The notes beneath the pieces were generated by a model that saw only the letters and a program-made list of their open reading frames with translations, made no database searches and had not been told where the DNA came from. 64,000 nucleotides of DNA. Source: Lepidodermella squamata (Eukaryota > Animalia > Gastrotricha). The stretch spans positions 87,575 to 151,574 of the forward strand of contig JBLDXI010000061.1 in the NCBI GenBank assembly GCA_047495785.1, given 5' to 3'. Every line of letters starts with the position of its first letter. Position 1 is the stretch's first letter. A program made the position numbers and the translations under genes. Shown in pieces: positions 50,880 to 63,080 of this stretch.

Positions 50880-51260
50880 CTACCGTTGCGTTTCAGGGCG
50901 ATAGATTTGAAGGGAATAATACACTCGCTGCGTGGAAGCCGAACCAAAATTTGGCATCATGCGATGTAATTTGCAATGCTCATGCTATTCAGTGCTAGCA
51001 GCAGGTGCAGAGAAGCGTGCAAATCTGAAGCAGTACAGGCGTTGAACTCCAGCATCCAGCATAGAGAACTCCAAGCTAGCAATACTACCTGGAACCTCTC
51101 ATCCAGTTGGCTGAGTTTCCTGTTGAAAGACAGTATGTGGTTCGATTTTTGTGATTCGCAACATCTGAGCGATATAAAAGCAACTATAGCTGAAAGGATA
51201 GACAGAATGGTCGAGTCTCAATATGTTTATTGCATACTAAAAACTAATAAAATGCCTTGA
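50880..51260 (+). pseudogene. Duplicated 3' half of the TIR gene
   Basis: Close DNA match to ~43430-43800 incl. EACKSEAVQALNS and WLSFLLKD; indels and altered stop. Confidence 0.85.
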
Positions 51261-51535
51261 ACAATCGAAATAACCTATACTCATTTGGAACTTCATAACA
51301 GGGCGAGACTCAAGCTAAATTGATGAAGATATCAGAGAGACGATATATTAGACTCCAGGGTGAGGTTTTGAAGCTGGTTTTAAATCATGCCGCAGACTGG
51401 GTTACTAGGGTGATTACTAACAGAGTGTGGGTCAGCATTAGCAAGATTGAACAATCGAAGTATCCTAGCCGGTTACTTCGATTATAAGGAAAGTCATGGA
51501 ACATTTCACGGAAGTTACTGGAAGCACCAGATATT

Positions 51536-52170
51536 TTACGGGTTCCAGCAGTTGGCCACTTCCGTGTTGATTCTGGTCCAGAAGCGGGTGTTGGGCATCA
51601 GCTGTGAGTAGGCATAGAATCTCCATCCGCCGCTCGATCCGGCAGAAGCACTCCACGTCGATCCGCAGAACTTGGTCGCGCTCATTCCGATGACATTCAC
51701 GCCGGTCGCATGAGTACCCATAGCCCATCCGGGACCGTGTTGAGCAGCGCAAATAGCATCGCCCGCAGCGCCCGATGTAAGGGCAGTTCCTAAGAAGGGA
51801 AATTTCGTTAAAGAAACTAATCCGATACGAATTGATATGAAATACCCTTGACCGGCGTTGTAAGAGCAGCGTGGCCTCCGAACCAGTTGTTGTAGAACTC
51901 AGCGCTAAACGCCGCTCCTGCATACGAGTTCGGTACCATGGGGTAGCATGGGCGGGGTGAGTTGTCGGATTTCACGCACAGGATCGGTAGGAACGTAGTG
52001 CAGTTCGTATCACCGTTGTAGGCATCGCAGCCGTTGCAAGCCAATCGGTCGATGCCGAATTTCGAATCATGCGCCTCGACATTCCACGTCATGCCTTTAC
52101 CTCCGGCCGCTTGAACGGAAGCGAAAGCGAAACAAGCTACAAGAGCTGCGATGACAAAAGCTGTATTCAT
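51536..52170 (-). CDS. Secreted Cys-containing protein of a mainly bacterial family (GMTW...CDAYNGDTNC...NCW)
   Basis: Signal peptide; exons 52170-51846 and 51789-51536 joined by a 56-bp GT-AG intron; motifs GCDAYNGDTNC, LPILCV, GGWRFYAY, RFWTRIN..ANCW. Confidence 0.82.
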
Positions 52171-53154
52171 TGTAGAGTGAAGCTGTGGACGAGTGAGAGT
52201 GGATGTAAACTCGGAAATTTCGGCTCAATTTATAGAGGCAAAACGGAAGGAAGCAGCTTTTCCGGCTGCAAACAGGATAACATTGTACAAACAAGTTTTT
52301 TTTGGATTGATACCTCGATATAAAAAATTGAACACGAAATTGCAATTAAGTTTGTGTTACAGACAGGATAATCAGCGTAAAACTCTATAACGAGTAGCCA
52401 CGTTAGCCCCTTGTTTGTCTTACAGCTTTTTCATTATACTCAATCTTTGCGCTAAAAAGGATGCTTTTATTCCGTTTAGTATCAAGTTTGAAGCTTATTC
52501 AAACGATAATTTTTCTAAATCATTTTCGCATGGACTCTGTTGCTTTCAGTCGATTGGCTATGTCATTTTTGTTGGCATGACTCGCACAGACAGGATTTTT
52601 GCTTTGGTACCTTGCTAGTCATGGGGAGATAACTACTGCCAAGTTTATTGCGCAAGTCGCCATTCGACACTTAACACTTGGATCACAGTTCATATATTTC
52701 ATCACAGATATGAGGCCTAAGAGTCATCTATACATGAGCCGATTATTGCTGATCGATCCATGGTCCCCAGGTTTTTGCATTGAGTAGCCGTCTCTTGATT
52801 GCCGGCGAATGGCACCTGCTCCGGGAGGATGGGAGCCGCGGTCTCAGAGCAACTGCTTGGCGGGAATTGCCAGCAGCTTTCGCACTCGAGAATTCGATCC
52901 TTGGCTTCATTTGGCCACTTGACTCTTCATTACTCTGATTTACGGTCCCAAACCGGCCGAAGAAAACAGACGCTGACTTAAATCTATATACTTTCCCCTG
53001 GATTACGAGACGATCCAGAATATAAGTGAATTTTGTACTTCAGTGAAAAGGTAACACTTGCAGCATCATGTCTTCCTATGACTGTTGAATTTAACGTGAA
53101 AATTTTTTAGTTTTGATAAACGATATTATTATGCTTTTTCCGATCACAGCCCTT

Positions 53155-54000
53155 TTAATCATCCATATGATCGAGGAAATCGCTCAAGTCCTTGAAGTGT
53201 TCTAGTTGCTCGCGGATTGCCTTAATTTGCTCCTCCACGGCGTCGGCAACGGGGTTATTACTGCTCAAGCTGTCCACCAATGATTTGATGTCCCAGATAA
53301 TGAAAGCCGCATTGAAGATAACTGTAGCACCTTTCATCACGTTCATCGCGGTTTGTTTGGTTATATCCACACCAACTTTCGCTAACACACGAGTGAGAGT
53401 GACAGAGCTCAACCTCATCCCCTTCCACACTTGGCCACCATTACGCAACAGTGTAGACGTAGTGGTGCGTCCAGCATTTTTCGCTATGTCAGCAATTTTT
53501 GAACCTTGCAAGAACAAGTTTTTGCCTTCTTGGATGCCAGTTACGTCACCTAGTGCCATTTTCAGAGCAACTTGAAGTGATGTATCCTCGTCATCCCCCT
53601 CTTTGCGAAGTGCCGCTGCATTATCCGCAAGATCTCCCAGGTATTTCGAAAGCCTTTTGCCAACATCTTCTCCTCTTTTACCAAGTTCGACCAACCGGTC
53701 AGCGTATTTCTTTGTCCAGATGAGGTCAATAACGTCTGTTCCAATGTTGGTGGCCGCGCCTGCCGTAGCAGTGATTGCACCGACACCAGTTAACAGCACA
53801 AGTGAAGCCCCGCCAGTGAAGAAGGCCGCAGCGACACAACCTAAGGTTAACGCCGCTCCTCCAACTGTCCCGCGACAGTCCCGCCTGTTTTGACAACATC
53901 ACATCTCAATTTGTGAGCTTTGATATCTTCCAGTAACTCTTTCAACAGCTCGACTGTTTCCTCCGTAATTTTAATGTATTCTTTCAGGCACTTGTCCATA
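53155..54000 (-). pseudogene. Apolipoprotein L-like, full-length copy B with frameshift
   Basis: Paralog of 48380-48913 with complete C-terminus (FNAAFIIWDIKSLV...AVEEQIKAIREQLE); +2 frameshift at ~53867 (gaagcg replaced by gtcccgcg). Confidence 0.8.
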
Positions 54001-54869
54001 GGAATACCAACACTCCGTATTGACTATGAAATATTGAAAATTACTGAGAAAATATTATATTATTAAAAATTATACTCGGGATTCAGATTCTATTCGGGGA
54101 ATTTTTTAAGAAGTATGCTTCCGGAAAAAAAACATTATTTTTATCAGTAAAATCAGTATGTATCACTTGTATCAACATTAAGTCTCAATCAACCAACAAA
54201 AAAGCTCAATCACACGCTTATCTTTGAATTTTTTCATGTTTACATCATCTATACAACATTGTATAAGTTACCTTCATTTTCTTTCAGTCAACCTCATACG
54301 AACACCCCCACCCTTACCTTTTGTTTTACTTTTTATTTCGGGCTTTAGGATTGCGGAAACGAAAATTTTTCCTTGGAATTCAATCATTATTTACACTGAT
54401 AAGAAATTGGCGCGCCACTGCTCTTATGCCAACTAAGGCTAATTTTAGGGTTCAATTATAGACCTAAAGCTTGCCCCCAGTTAGCTTGAATATTCGACCA
54501 GCTATTTTACGATTCTTATATGACGTGCCTGAGAATTTTGCGCTCTCGAACTACCAATTTAGCCTATTTTAGGATTTTGATAAAGAATTGAATAACCGAA
54601 ACACCTAAGTGAGACCATTCTTGAGGCTCGCAACTGCCAAAATTGGCAAGTTGGACTTTTCCCTTACGCCTAACACGTCCCGGAAGCTACATCCGCTAAG
54701 GCGGGGCAACGCTTCCAATTTAGTTATTTTCTCGGTTTTTTCAGGATGTTATAGGCATGTTGAAAGCTTGCAGCTGACATAAAACTCGTCGAGACAGCTC
54801 AGCCATCCCCCAGCTCGGCCGGGCCAGACAATTACATGAGAATTTATCACAATGCTGCGTTAATCTTGA

Positions 54870-55170
54870 GAGGTTTTAGTTCAGTAGATAGCTGTCTGCT
54901 GTGCATTGAGCGTCAAGATCGATGGGCATTAGTTCGATCCTCACCCGGGTCGACCGTGGTTTATCAATGACGCTCTATCCTGACGGCGGCCGACCACCGA
55001 CCACTCCATGGTGTTACAAAAGTGAAAAGTGGTAGATTAGGAGTGTCAGCGAGACTGCAGTAATCGCAAGAGACCCCAACAAGCGACCCTAAGAGCGCTC
55101 ATTCAGGATTCAGGACCCATGGCCTCGGCCCATCCATTCAACGAATGGGACGTCTCAAAAATAACAAGGA
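54870..55170 (+). mobile_element. Possible tRNA-derived SINE
   Basis: A-box-like tagttcagtag and B-box gttcgatcc followed by a GC-richer body and A-rich end. Confidence 0.4.
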
Positions 55171-56618
55171 CGATTTCCTCCTTAATTAATATCACCTAAT
55201 TTATTATCGTACCGTTATCATTCTCTAAAGAATCTAAAGAATCTAAAGAATCAAGCCAATCGGTCGATGCCGAATTTCGAATCATGCGCCTCGACATTCC
55301 ACGTCATGCCTTTGCCTCCGGCTGCTTGAACGGTAGTGATGCGCTTCGATTTTTTGATAATCATGATTAATCGTGATTAAATCGAATCGAATATTAATCG
55401 AATTGCCTTGGGGAGAATCGCGATTATAATCGAATCGAGTCGGACTCGATTTATCGAGAATTTTGTTTCGATTATTTGCCTTTTTCTATCGATTTTACAC
55501 GTTCCATGGCGTTACTTAACTGGTTTTGGGAGTCTAAGATGCATTTTTTGCACATTATTCCTACTCTTCTTATTTTCCTATTCGGTTTGATTGCTGAACA
55601 CTTGGAATCCCCTGAAAACTGTAGTTCATTATTAAAAAAATAAAAAATAATAATAATAGAAATCAATCGATAATTTAAAACCATTATCCATAATCGATGA
55701 TTAATGAAAATATTTGCGATGAAACGAATGTTACCATTGTGATCAGCGTAAAATTTCACCCCAGTCCATTAATTTTCTCATGGATATTCGTTATAATAAG
55801 AAAGCTATCACAAGATCAACTTTTACTTCCTGTTAAATTAATCGGTCCATCTTAATTTCAAAATTTTAAATTGTTGATTCAAATCAAGAAAACCGTTACC
55901 TTTGGTGACAAAATCCCCCTTAGAAACCCCGGGGGGGGGGGGGGGGGGGGTAAAGTTAGCACGGGGAATCCGATAGCAATAGCAGAATTTTTGCAGCTAT
56001 CGCGATTTTTTTCTTGTTTGCTTCTGAATTTTTGTTCATGCTCCGGCTGGCTAAAGCATCAGTGGCCGACTCATGGAACAGAGCGCCGATATCAAGCCCC
56101 ATGATCATCAGTTGCCTCGGTTCGATCGAGTCTGGTGACTAACATTGCCTCAATGAAGCCACTCTCAATTCGGTCGCCTGCCAGCTGGGTTCGCACAGAA
56201 ATCAATGCATCCACATCGCGACGTTTGGAAGACTGGCAACAATCTTTGCAGCAATAGACAACACTGTAACAGATAGGAAACAAGCGATCTTTCAAATCAA
56301 AATTTTCGAAAGAGGTACCTGGGACTTTTTATTTTTGAAACTAATTAAAATTATAATAGGCGGATAGGGCGTTGGGTGGCATCCAGGTGACCTATTGCTA
56401 CAAAAATATTTGCGCAAGTGAAACCACAAATCACACTTTTTAATACGTTTGCAGTTTGGCACAGTTGCCCTCTACGAAGGAAATGATGGACAAAATAACA
56501 AAGGAAATGAGGGTTTCACCGACTGAATCTATGTGCGGTTTTTTATAAAATCGTTGCCATATGGTCCGATTTCCACAAGGGTTCACTTTTGGATAAATAA
56601 AAATGACAGCTTTATTTG

Positions 56619-57538
56619 TTAAAATAAGTCACCGATGTAAAAACTAGGGGTGGTATCCGATTTAGAATCGCCGGTAGCTGGGGGACGCTTGGGTCCAGTA
56701 GCAGCCGCATCGGATTTACCCTTGCCCGAGTTGTGGCCGGCAGTCGATGTCTTCATGGGTTCGGTTGCAGTATTCTTTTTGCCATCCTTCGCCTTGGTGG
56801 TCGTTTTCTTATCTGATCCTCCGGTAGTGGGAGGACGAGTAGGTCCAGTATTTGACGCATCGGCTTTACCTGAATTGCCCGAATTCTTGCCATCAGTTCC
56901 ACCATTTTTGGCGGTATCTTTGTTGCCATCTTTCGAGTTGGGTTTTGGCTTATCAGATTCAGAATTGCCAGAAGCTGGAGGACGTTTAGGTCCAGTAGGA
57001 GCCGCATCGGATTTACCCTGGCCCGAATTCTTGCCGTCAGCTTCACCATTTTTAGCGGTATCTTTGTTGCCATCTTTCGAGTTGGGTTTTGGCTTATCAG
57101 ATTCAGAATTGCCAGAAGCTGGAGGACGTTTAGGTCCAGTAGGAGCCGCATCGGATTTACCCTTGCCCGAATTCTGGCCGTCAGTCGATGGCTTCATGGG
57201 TTCGGTTGCAGTATTCTTATTCGAATTGGTGGTTTTTGGCTTATCTGATTCGGAATTGCCGGTAGCTGGGGGATGCTTAGGTCCAGTACCAGCCGCATCG
57301 CCTTTAGCCGAATTAGCTGCATTCTGGCCGTCAGCCGAGTGCTTCACGTATTTGGTTGTATTAGGGGTATCAGTTGCAGTGGGTTGCTTTGGCTCATCCT
57401 TGTTGACATTCGAACCAATAGGCTTAGCAGAGACCACGATAATCAAGCATGCCAAGGAAAAAAGCGAAGCTATATTTTAAAAGAAATCACATTTTCTGCT
57501 TTTTTGCTAACTTCTGACTTACCAGATAGGATATTCAT
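56619..57538 (-). CDS. Secreted intrinsically disordered G/K/D/T/P-rich repeat protein
   Basis: Micro-exon MNILS + 2nd exon; signal peptide; ~40-aa repeats GKSDAAPTGPKRPPASGNSESDKPKP. Confidence 0.8.
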
Positions 57539-57885
57539 GTTTTTTATTATCTGATAAATTGTTGCTTTGACAAATATTATAAAACGGCGGTCAGATAAGT
57601 ACTCCTGGTCACGGCTGGCGGCAAAGAACAATGGATATAGCGTCTTTATGCATTGACAATGAAGCTAGGGTTAAGGGTTATGATAAGTTCGGTTTTTTAT
57701 TTGTGTTTTTTCGGGCATGGACCTTGACAAAAAGTTCACCAATGGATGAAGGAGCAATGTAATGTAAATGGCAAAAGTAAACATGAACCAAAATATCGGT
57801 TTTCATGCTTGAAAAAGTGTGCTTCTTCTAACAAGATTCTGCAATATCATGAAAGAAAAATGGAAAAAAGGAATTTATTCACGTA

Positions 57886-58389
57886 CAGTGACAATCAAAA
57901 GATCCGCGCGGTGGGATTGAGGCGACGATAGCTGAAATTTTTCGCACGTGTGAAATGAGGCTGTTTATCTCCTTCAAAACGGACCAAAATGACGCCTTTT
58001 TCACGACTTCCGAAAATAGCTCCAAGGGGGATAGTTTCAACAATAGAATTATGTCATGAAACTAGGACATTCTTAGTTTAGCGCCAAAAATTGCGGAAAA
58101 ATGTGAATTCTTAGAATAAGGTTAAAACAAATCAAAAATAATTTTTCCGGAATTTTGCTGACATAATTATCAACTTGGAGGGCTTCGGAATATTAATTAG
58201 CACCTTATGAATATTCATAATTCATATTTTTAAAACTATTGAAAAATTCTTGGTCTGTCCGAGTTACATTTTTTATTTATAGCTGAGTTTAACCCAAGCT
58301 TGGAGCTAAAATTAGTTCGAGCGCGAGTGAGATATTTTTAGTTTCAGCTCAACAAATTCCTGAACGTGCGTAACTTTTAGTTTTCACTG
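57886..58389. mobile_element. Tc1/mariner-type MITE
   Basis: TA|cagtgacaatcaaaagatccgcgcg ... cgtgcgtaacttttagttttcactg|TA. Confidence 0.8.
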
Positions 58390-58878
58390 TATAATTTGAT
58401 TTCAAATTATTGTATAAAACCGTGATTATTGAACCGGTATTATCGACAGCCTTTTTCATTTTTTCTTCTTCTTTTCATTTTGATATAGATTTTGATTAAT
58501 TTGATTCCCTACAAATTGTTTCATATAATATATTCATATTAGGCAGCTCTCACTTGCTACATACATACTATACCAGAAGAGTCAAAAGTAGCTGCCAAAA
58601 AATTAAAGGATACGCCTCGTTCATAGGAAGTTCGAAATTACCCTCGGTAAACAGTCTGTATTCCGCAACTGATTCTACAATGAATGCTTACAAACAAATA
58701 AAGCTGGCTCATCCTACGTCATGAACTAACTAATCTATTGGTCACGGTTGATAAGCCTACCTGGATTATCAACGAGCAAATACGTTATTAATTGTTCTTC
58801 GCAGCCAGCCGTGACCGAAGAGAACTCATCTAACCGCCGTATTATCGCAATCGTCAAAAATTGGGTCATCACATAATC

Positions 58879-59744
58879 ATGAATATCAAGTCATGTAAGT
58901 CAGGATGTTAAATCAATTCAGAACTTATTGCCGTTTTTTTCATATAGTTTCGATAGTTTTTCTGGCGTTTTTGGTTCTCGTGGTCTCTGCTAAACCAACT
59001 ACTTCGACGGATAATAAGGATGAGTCGACGCAATCGGCCGCCACTGCTACAACTAATGACGAAATCACCTCGCAAATCAATGACAACAAGGCCAAGTTAA
59101 ATGCTGCCAAGGCTGGAATTGCCGATCTAGAGAAGGAGAGTAGAGCTGAACAAGCGAAAATTGAGGAGGATCGCAAGAAGACTGTCGAACAGCTGAGCAA
59201 GCAGATCGAAACCAACCGTAACAAAACTTCGGCTTCTTCGAAAAGTTTCCAGGAGGAGTTGAAGAAGATTGAAGAAGCTCGAGCTCAGGTTCAGAACGAA
59301 ACGAACCGAATGTGTGAGGCTGCTCGCGAGAAAGTTAAGGAGGCTAACAAAAGGGCTCAGGAAGCTCGGACTAAGTTAAATGATGCTCGAAAGGAGCAGG
59401 AATCTGGGGTCCGCAATGCAACTCTGGCTGATCAAGCCAAAATCGCCGAGGCCAACAAGAAAGCTAACGAGGAGCGAAAGGCCACGGCCGAAGAATACCA
59501 GCAGAAACTCGAAGCAGCGCGAAAGGAAGTGGACACTTTGAACAAGCAAAACGCTGAATACCAGCAGAAACTCAAGGACACGAAGGCAGAAAGCCAGAAG
59601 AAGCCGAAAGAGACTGGTAAATCTGAATCGGATAAGGATAAGACCATCTCGAAGGATAGCAAAAAGGAAACTACAGTGCGCACAAAAAGTCAGGTCCCAC
59701 CCCGCTCACCCGGAAATTCGCGGGTAAAATTTGAAAATAATTAG
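58879..59744 (+). CDS. Secreted coiled-coil protein, inverted paralog of 56619-57538
   Basis: Micro-exon MNIKS, intron 58895-58947, signal ...VVSAKP, long E/K/A/Q coiled coil, tail GKSESDKDK. Confidence 0.8.
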
Positions 59745-60009
59745 AAATATGTTGTCAAAATTGATAATTAATAATTTTTATGAATTAAAATTAAAATAAC
59801 GGACGTCTGTTGCCAGGGGAAACGGGGGGAAACGGGAAACAAAGGCGGTTTAGAAGTACATAGTAGGTCAGTTGCTCAGCCTTTCTCGCACTCGCCCGCA
59901 GTCGTCAGTTGCTATTTCCGTAGTCTCGACGCTGTAATCTCCTGCACATTTGCTCACAAGATCTTCTCATCGTCTTACCCTCATTCTAAATAGAATTTTA
60001 TAGAAAATC

Positions 60010-60442
60010 ATGGATGAATCTCCCCTTTGCCTTTTGTGGGCGATCTGCTCAACCCAACCGACCTTGCAACCTACCACAGTTACAGCCACAGCCACATCCC
60101 TACACAGCGCTGGAACGTCGGAAGAACCTGAACCAGAGGCCCAAAGCCATCCGTCAGCCAGTACCCCGGTGCAATTATTTGACCACAAGGAGTATGATAT
60201 TTGTTTTCGTCAACAATAATAGAGTCATATCTTCTTTTGTACATAGAGCAATAATCGGCCTTGCGGCTGTGGCGGCGGTGATGTTTTTAGTCATAATCAT
60301 CCTGTTCACATTACTAATTAAGAAGACGCTGAAAAGGCGAGTCCGTCCTGTAGCTGTCGAGGAGGGCAGAGGAGGTGCAATTGAGTTTGTTGCTAACAAC
60401 GAGCAAGTGACTTTTGATCGTGCGGGGGTGAAACTAGACTAA
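60010..60442 (+). CDS. Small single-pass membrane protein with S/T/P-rich ectodomain
   Basis: Two exons joined by a short GT-AG intron; TM AIIGLAAVAAVMFLVIIILFTLLI followed by KKTLKRR. Confidence 0.55.
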
Positions 60443-60590
60443 AATTACATGTTTACTATGCTCATTTTGCAACATATGTAATTTTTCTATTCAGATTTTA
60501 GCTCAAATTTTACTTAATAACTTTCTTTGATTCTAGATTGTATCTTTGATGTAGGAATTATTATATTAATTTTACTTGCAAGTTGCTGGA

Positions 60591-61544
60591 ATGATCCGTC
60601 TTATTGCAATCTGGCTGCCGATGTTAGTTCAGGGCGTTATCCCTGCCGATAAAACGAGTTCTCTTGAAGTTGACCAATTGCGAATCATTTCTGGAAGAAA
60701 ATTCAAAGAAATGCTCCTAACGAGAAAGCAAAAATGTTTCAAAGAATGGATTTCTAATGCTGACGCGAAATGCAAAAGTGATGAGACTCCTGATTATCGC
60801 CGCTTAGCATTCGAGCTTGTTGTTTGCGAAGCTGAGCGAGAAGGAAGGAAGACGCAAAATTGCAGCGCAGCCGAGAACTGGAAGACTTGCTATGCAAGTT
60901 ATGATGAGAAAGATCTGGACGTCTACGCAGCGTATTATCCTGAAATTCCGGGCTATTGCGCCGGTGTTAAATTTGATGCCAAATCGATTGCGATAGACAC
61001 GGTCAATGACTTTTTCGCCGGCTTTTTGGAAGTCAGGACAAAGTTTAACGAATTCATTCTGGAATATCCTCTTTGGAGAGTAGCTATCTCCCAAATTCTA
61101 ATGCTACCTCATCAGCAAGAATCGTTCAAAAAAGGCCAATTGATTTTTTACCTCATTATAATTGCGCTATGGATGATGTGCAAATCATTTCTCAAGCTTG
61201 GCTGCGAGGAATTGCTGCTACAAATATTATTTTGTGCCATCGGGGAGTTCATAATTGCCGCGACATATTACACGACTGTCGGTTTGGCTCTCGTAAGTAC
61301 CCAAGACAGACTTTCTCAATAAACCTGACTTCGATATTTTTAGAGCTTGATGCTGGAAGAATCCACCATCTGCATTATCATTAGATGGATTTTCGTCTTT
61401 ACGAAATCTGATGTCTGGTATATCATAATTGGCCTCGGAAAGAGGATGTATGAGCGTGCTAAGAGCTGGCTGCCTACTCAGCTCGTGGAAGAAGTAAGCA
61501 GAGACGGCACTGGACGCTTCACTGTCCCAAGAAGACGCAGATAA
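60591..61544 (+). CDS. Brambleberry/GEX1/Kar5-like nuclear-membrane fusion protein (shortened)
   Basis: Signal peptide; Cys-rich domain C-x11-C-x17-C-x11-C-x8-C-x22-C with LAFELVVCEAEREGRKTQNC, matching the Brambleberry CRD as I recall it; C-terminal TMs; intron 61293-61343. Confidence 0.8.
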
Positions 61545-61770
61545 GGTTTCATCTGCATGATCACTGCACTGACTAAAATATATTCGTTGCATTACAATCT
61601 TGCCTATAATTTCGTGCCTCAATAGTAAAAGTCTGGTGCTACAAGTCATTTTATTTTAATTTTAATATTGCATGCATGTTGACTAGGAAGACAGTAAAAC
61701 AATATTTGACTAGTAACTCAACATACAAATACAAAAATTCAAATAAATTATCGTCAACGAAAATAAACTG

Positions 61771-62898
61771 TCAAATGTGTTCGATGAAGTTTCCGTTTTC
61801 TTGACACACAAGTTTGATTCGTCTTTTCATTTCCACTGTGCAAATTTTTTCAATATAGTCCAGTGACATGGCTTTACACTCCTCTTCAATGAGCCATTTG
61901 AGATGAGGAAGAGTAGATGGCCGACGGCGATAAACCCGCGTACGAAGAACGCCCCAATAACTATTATCCAGTGGCGTTAAATCGGGCGAGTAAGGAGGAA
62001 AATTCATAGGCCCTTTGTTTCCTATCCAGCGCTCCGGAAAATGCAAGTTAAGCAGATACTTTGTTTGAGTGGCGGTGTGAATGGGCGCGCCGTCGAGTTG
62101 GAACCAAACATCAGATCGCAACTCGCTGTCGGTCATTGGAAATTGCCTATTAATTTCAGGAAAATAGCGCTCTTTAAGAAGCTGACAATATTTTTCCGCG
62201 TTGATCCTATCCTTGGGTCGGTTTGGCTCAAGCCGTGGCAAGTCATCAAAGAAGAATGGACCCAGAATGCCATATCTCCACAAACCAATGGATACCATGA
62301 CGCCACTGTGCTCACGGCGCTTTGAGTAATATTTCCTTCGATCAGCCGGGTCGCCCCAATAGCGCAAGTAACTAGTACGCACTGTTCCATTAAGCGTGAA
62401 CAGTGCTTCATCGGTCCACACTATCATATCCAGGAAGTTCGGATCTATCTCCAGCATTCTTCGAGCTGCACTACAAAAGTTTGCTCGGCGATAAATGTCT
62501 TGTTGATTCAGCTGATGGACTCTGCATGCAGTTTTGCATCGCCATTTCAAGTTGAAACGTATGATATTGCGCACGCTTTGTTTGGAAATCATAAGATGGT
62601 CCGCAATATCCTCGACACGCGGCCTCGTAACTGAAATATTAACTTCGGGGTCAGCAATGTCTTCACATAACGCAATCGCAGTGTGATAAATATTTTCGTC
62701 CGTTCTAGCAGAGCGCGGTCTACCTGATCGCGGCAAGTTATGGATCGATCCTGACTGATTAAATTTCTTGACAAGACGTAGGCGGTATTTTCTGTTCGGG
62801 GGGTTACTTTCAAACCGATTTCGCCAAGCTTCACAAAACTGTCGGTAGGGAACTTTGGTATTATTGAAAGCAAATATTCTCTCCTCAGTTGTGAACAT
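61771..62898 (-). CDS. Intact Tc1/mariner-superfamily transposase, DD41D (rosa/VS-type)
   Basis: N-terminal HTH (KKFNQSGSI..LPRSGRPRSART), WTDEA, FQLDGAPIH, PPYSPDLTPLD; 41 residues between the 2nd and 3rd Asp. Confidence 0.93.
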   Translation of the reverse strand: MFTTEERIFAFNNTKVPYRQFCEAWRNRFESNPPNRKYRLRLVKKFNQSGSIHNLPRSGRPRSARTDENIYHTAIALCEDIADPEVNISVTRPRVEDIADHLMISKQSVRNIIRFNLKWRCKTACRVHQLNQQDIYRRANFCSAARRMLEIDPNFLDMIVWTDEALFTLNGTVRTSYLRYWGDPADRRKYYSKRREHSGVMVSIGLWRYGILGPFFFDDLPRLEPNRPKDRINAEKYCQLLKERYFPEINRQFPMTDSELRSDVWFQLDGAPIHTATQTKYLLNLHFPERWIGNKGPMNFPPYSPDLTPLDNSYWGVLRTRVYRRRPSTLPHLKWLIEEECKAMSLDYIEKICTVEMKRRIKLVCQENGNFIEHI

Positions 62899-63080
62899 AA
62901 TAATATCTATAAAACAAAAGACTGAAAATTAGTAAAAATTTCATTTTCGTAGTTACACAATTACAGATTAGGGACATGAAAAATGGAGATGAAGAGAACA
63001 AAGTTAAATGCCTAATTGAAAGTCTCGCAATAGATTAGACTAGTTCGGAGTTGTGAGTAGAGAAATTACGGCATAAGTTC

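Noticed and set aside
56650-57480. 276-aa plus-strand ORF
   Set aside because: Antisense shadow of the repetitive secreted gene; the minus strand has the signal peptide and splice sites
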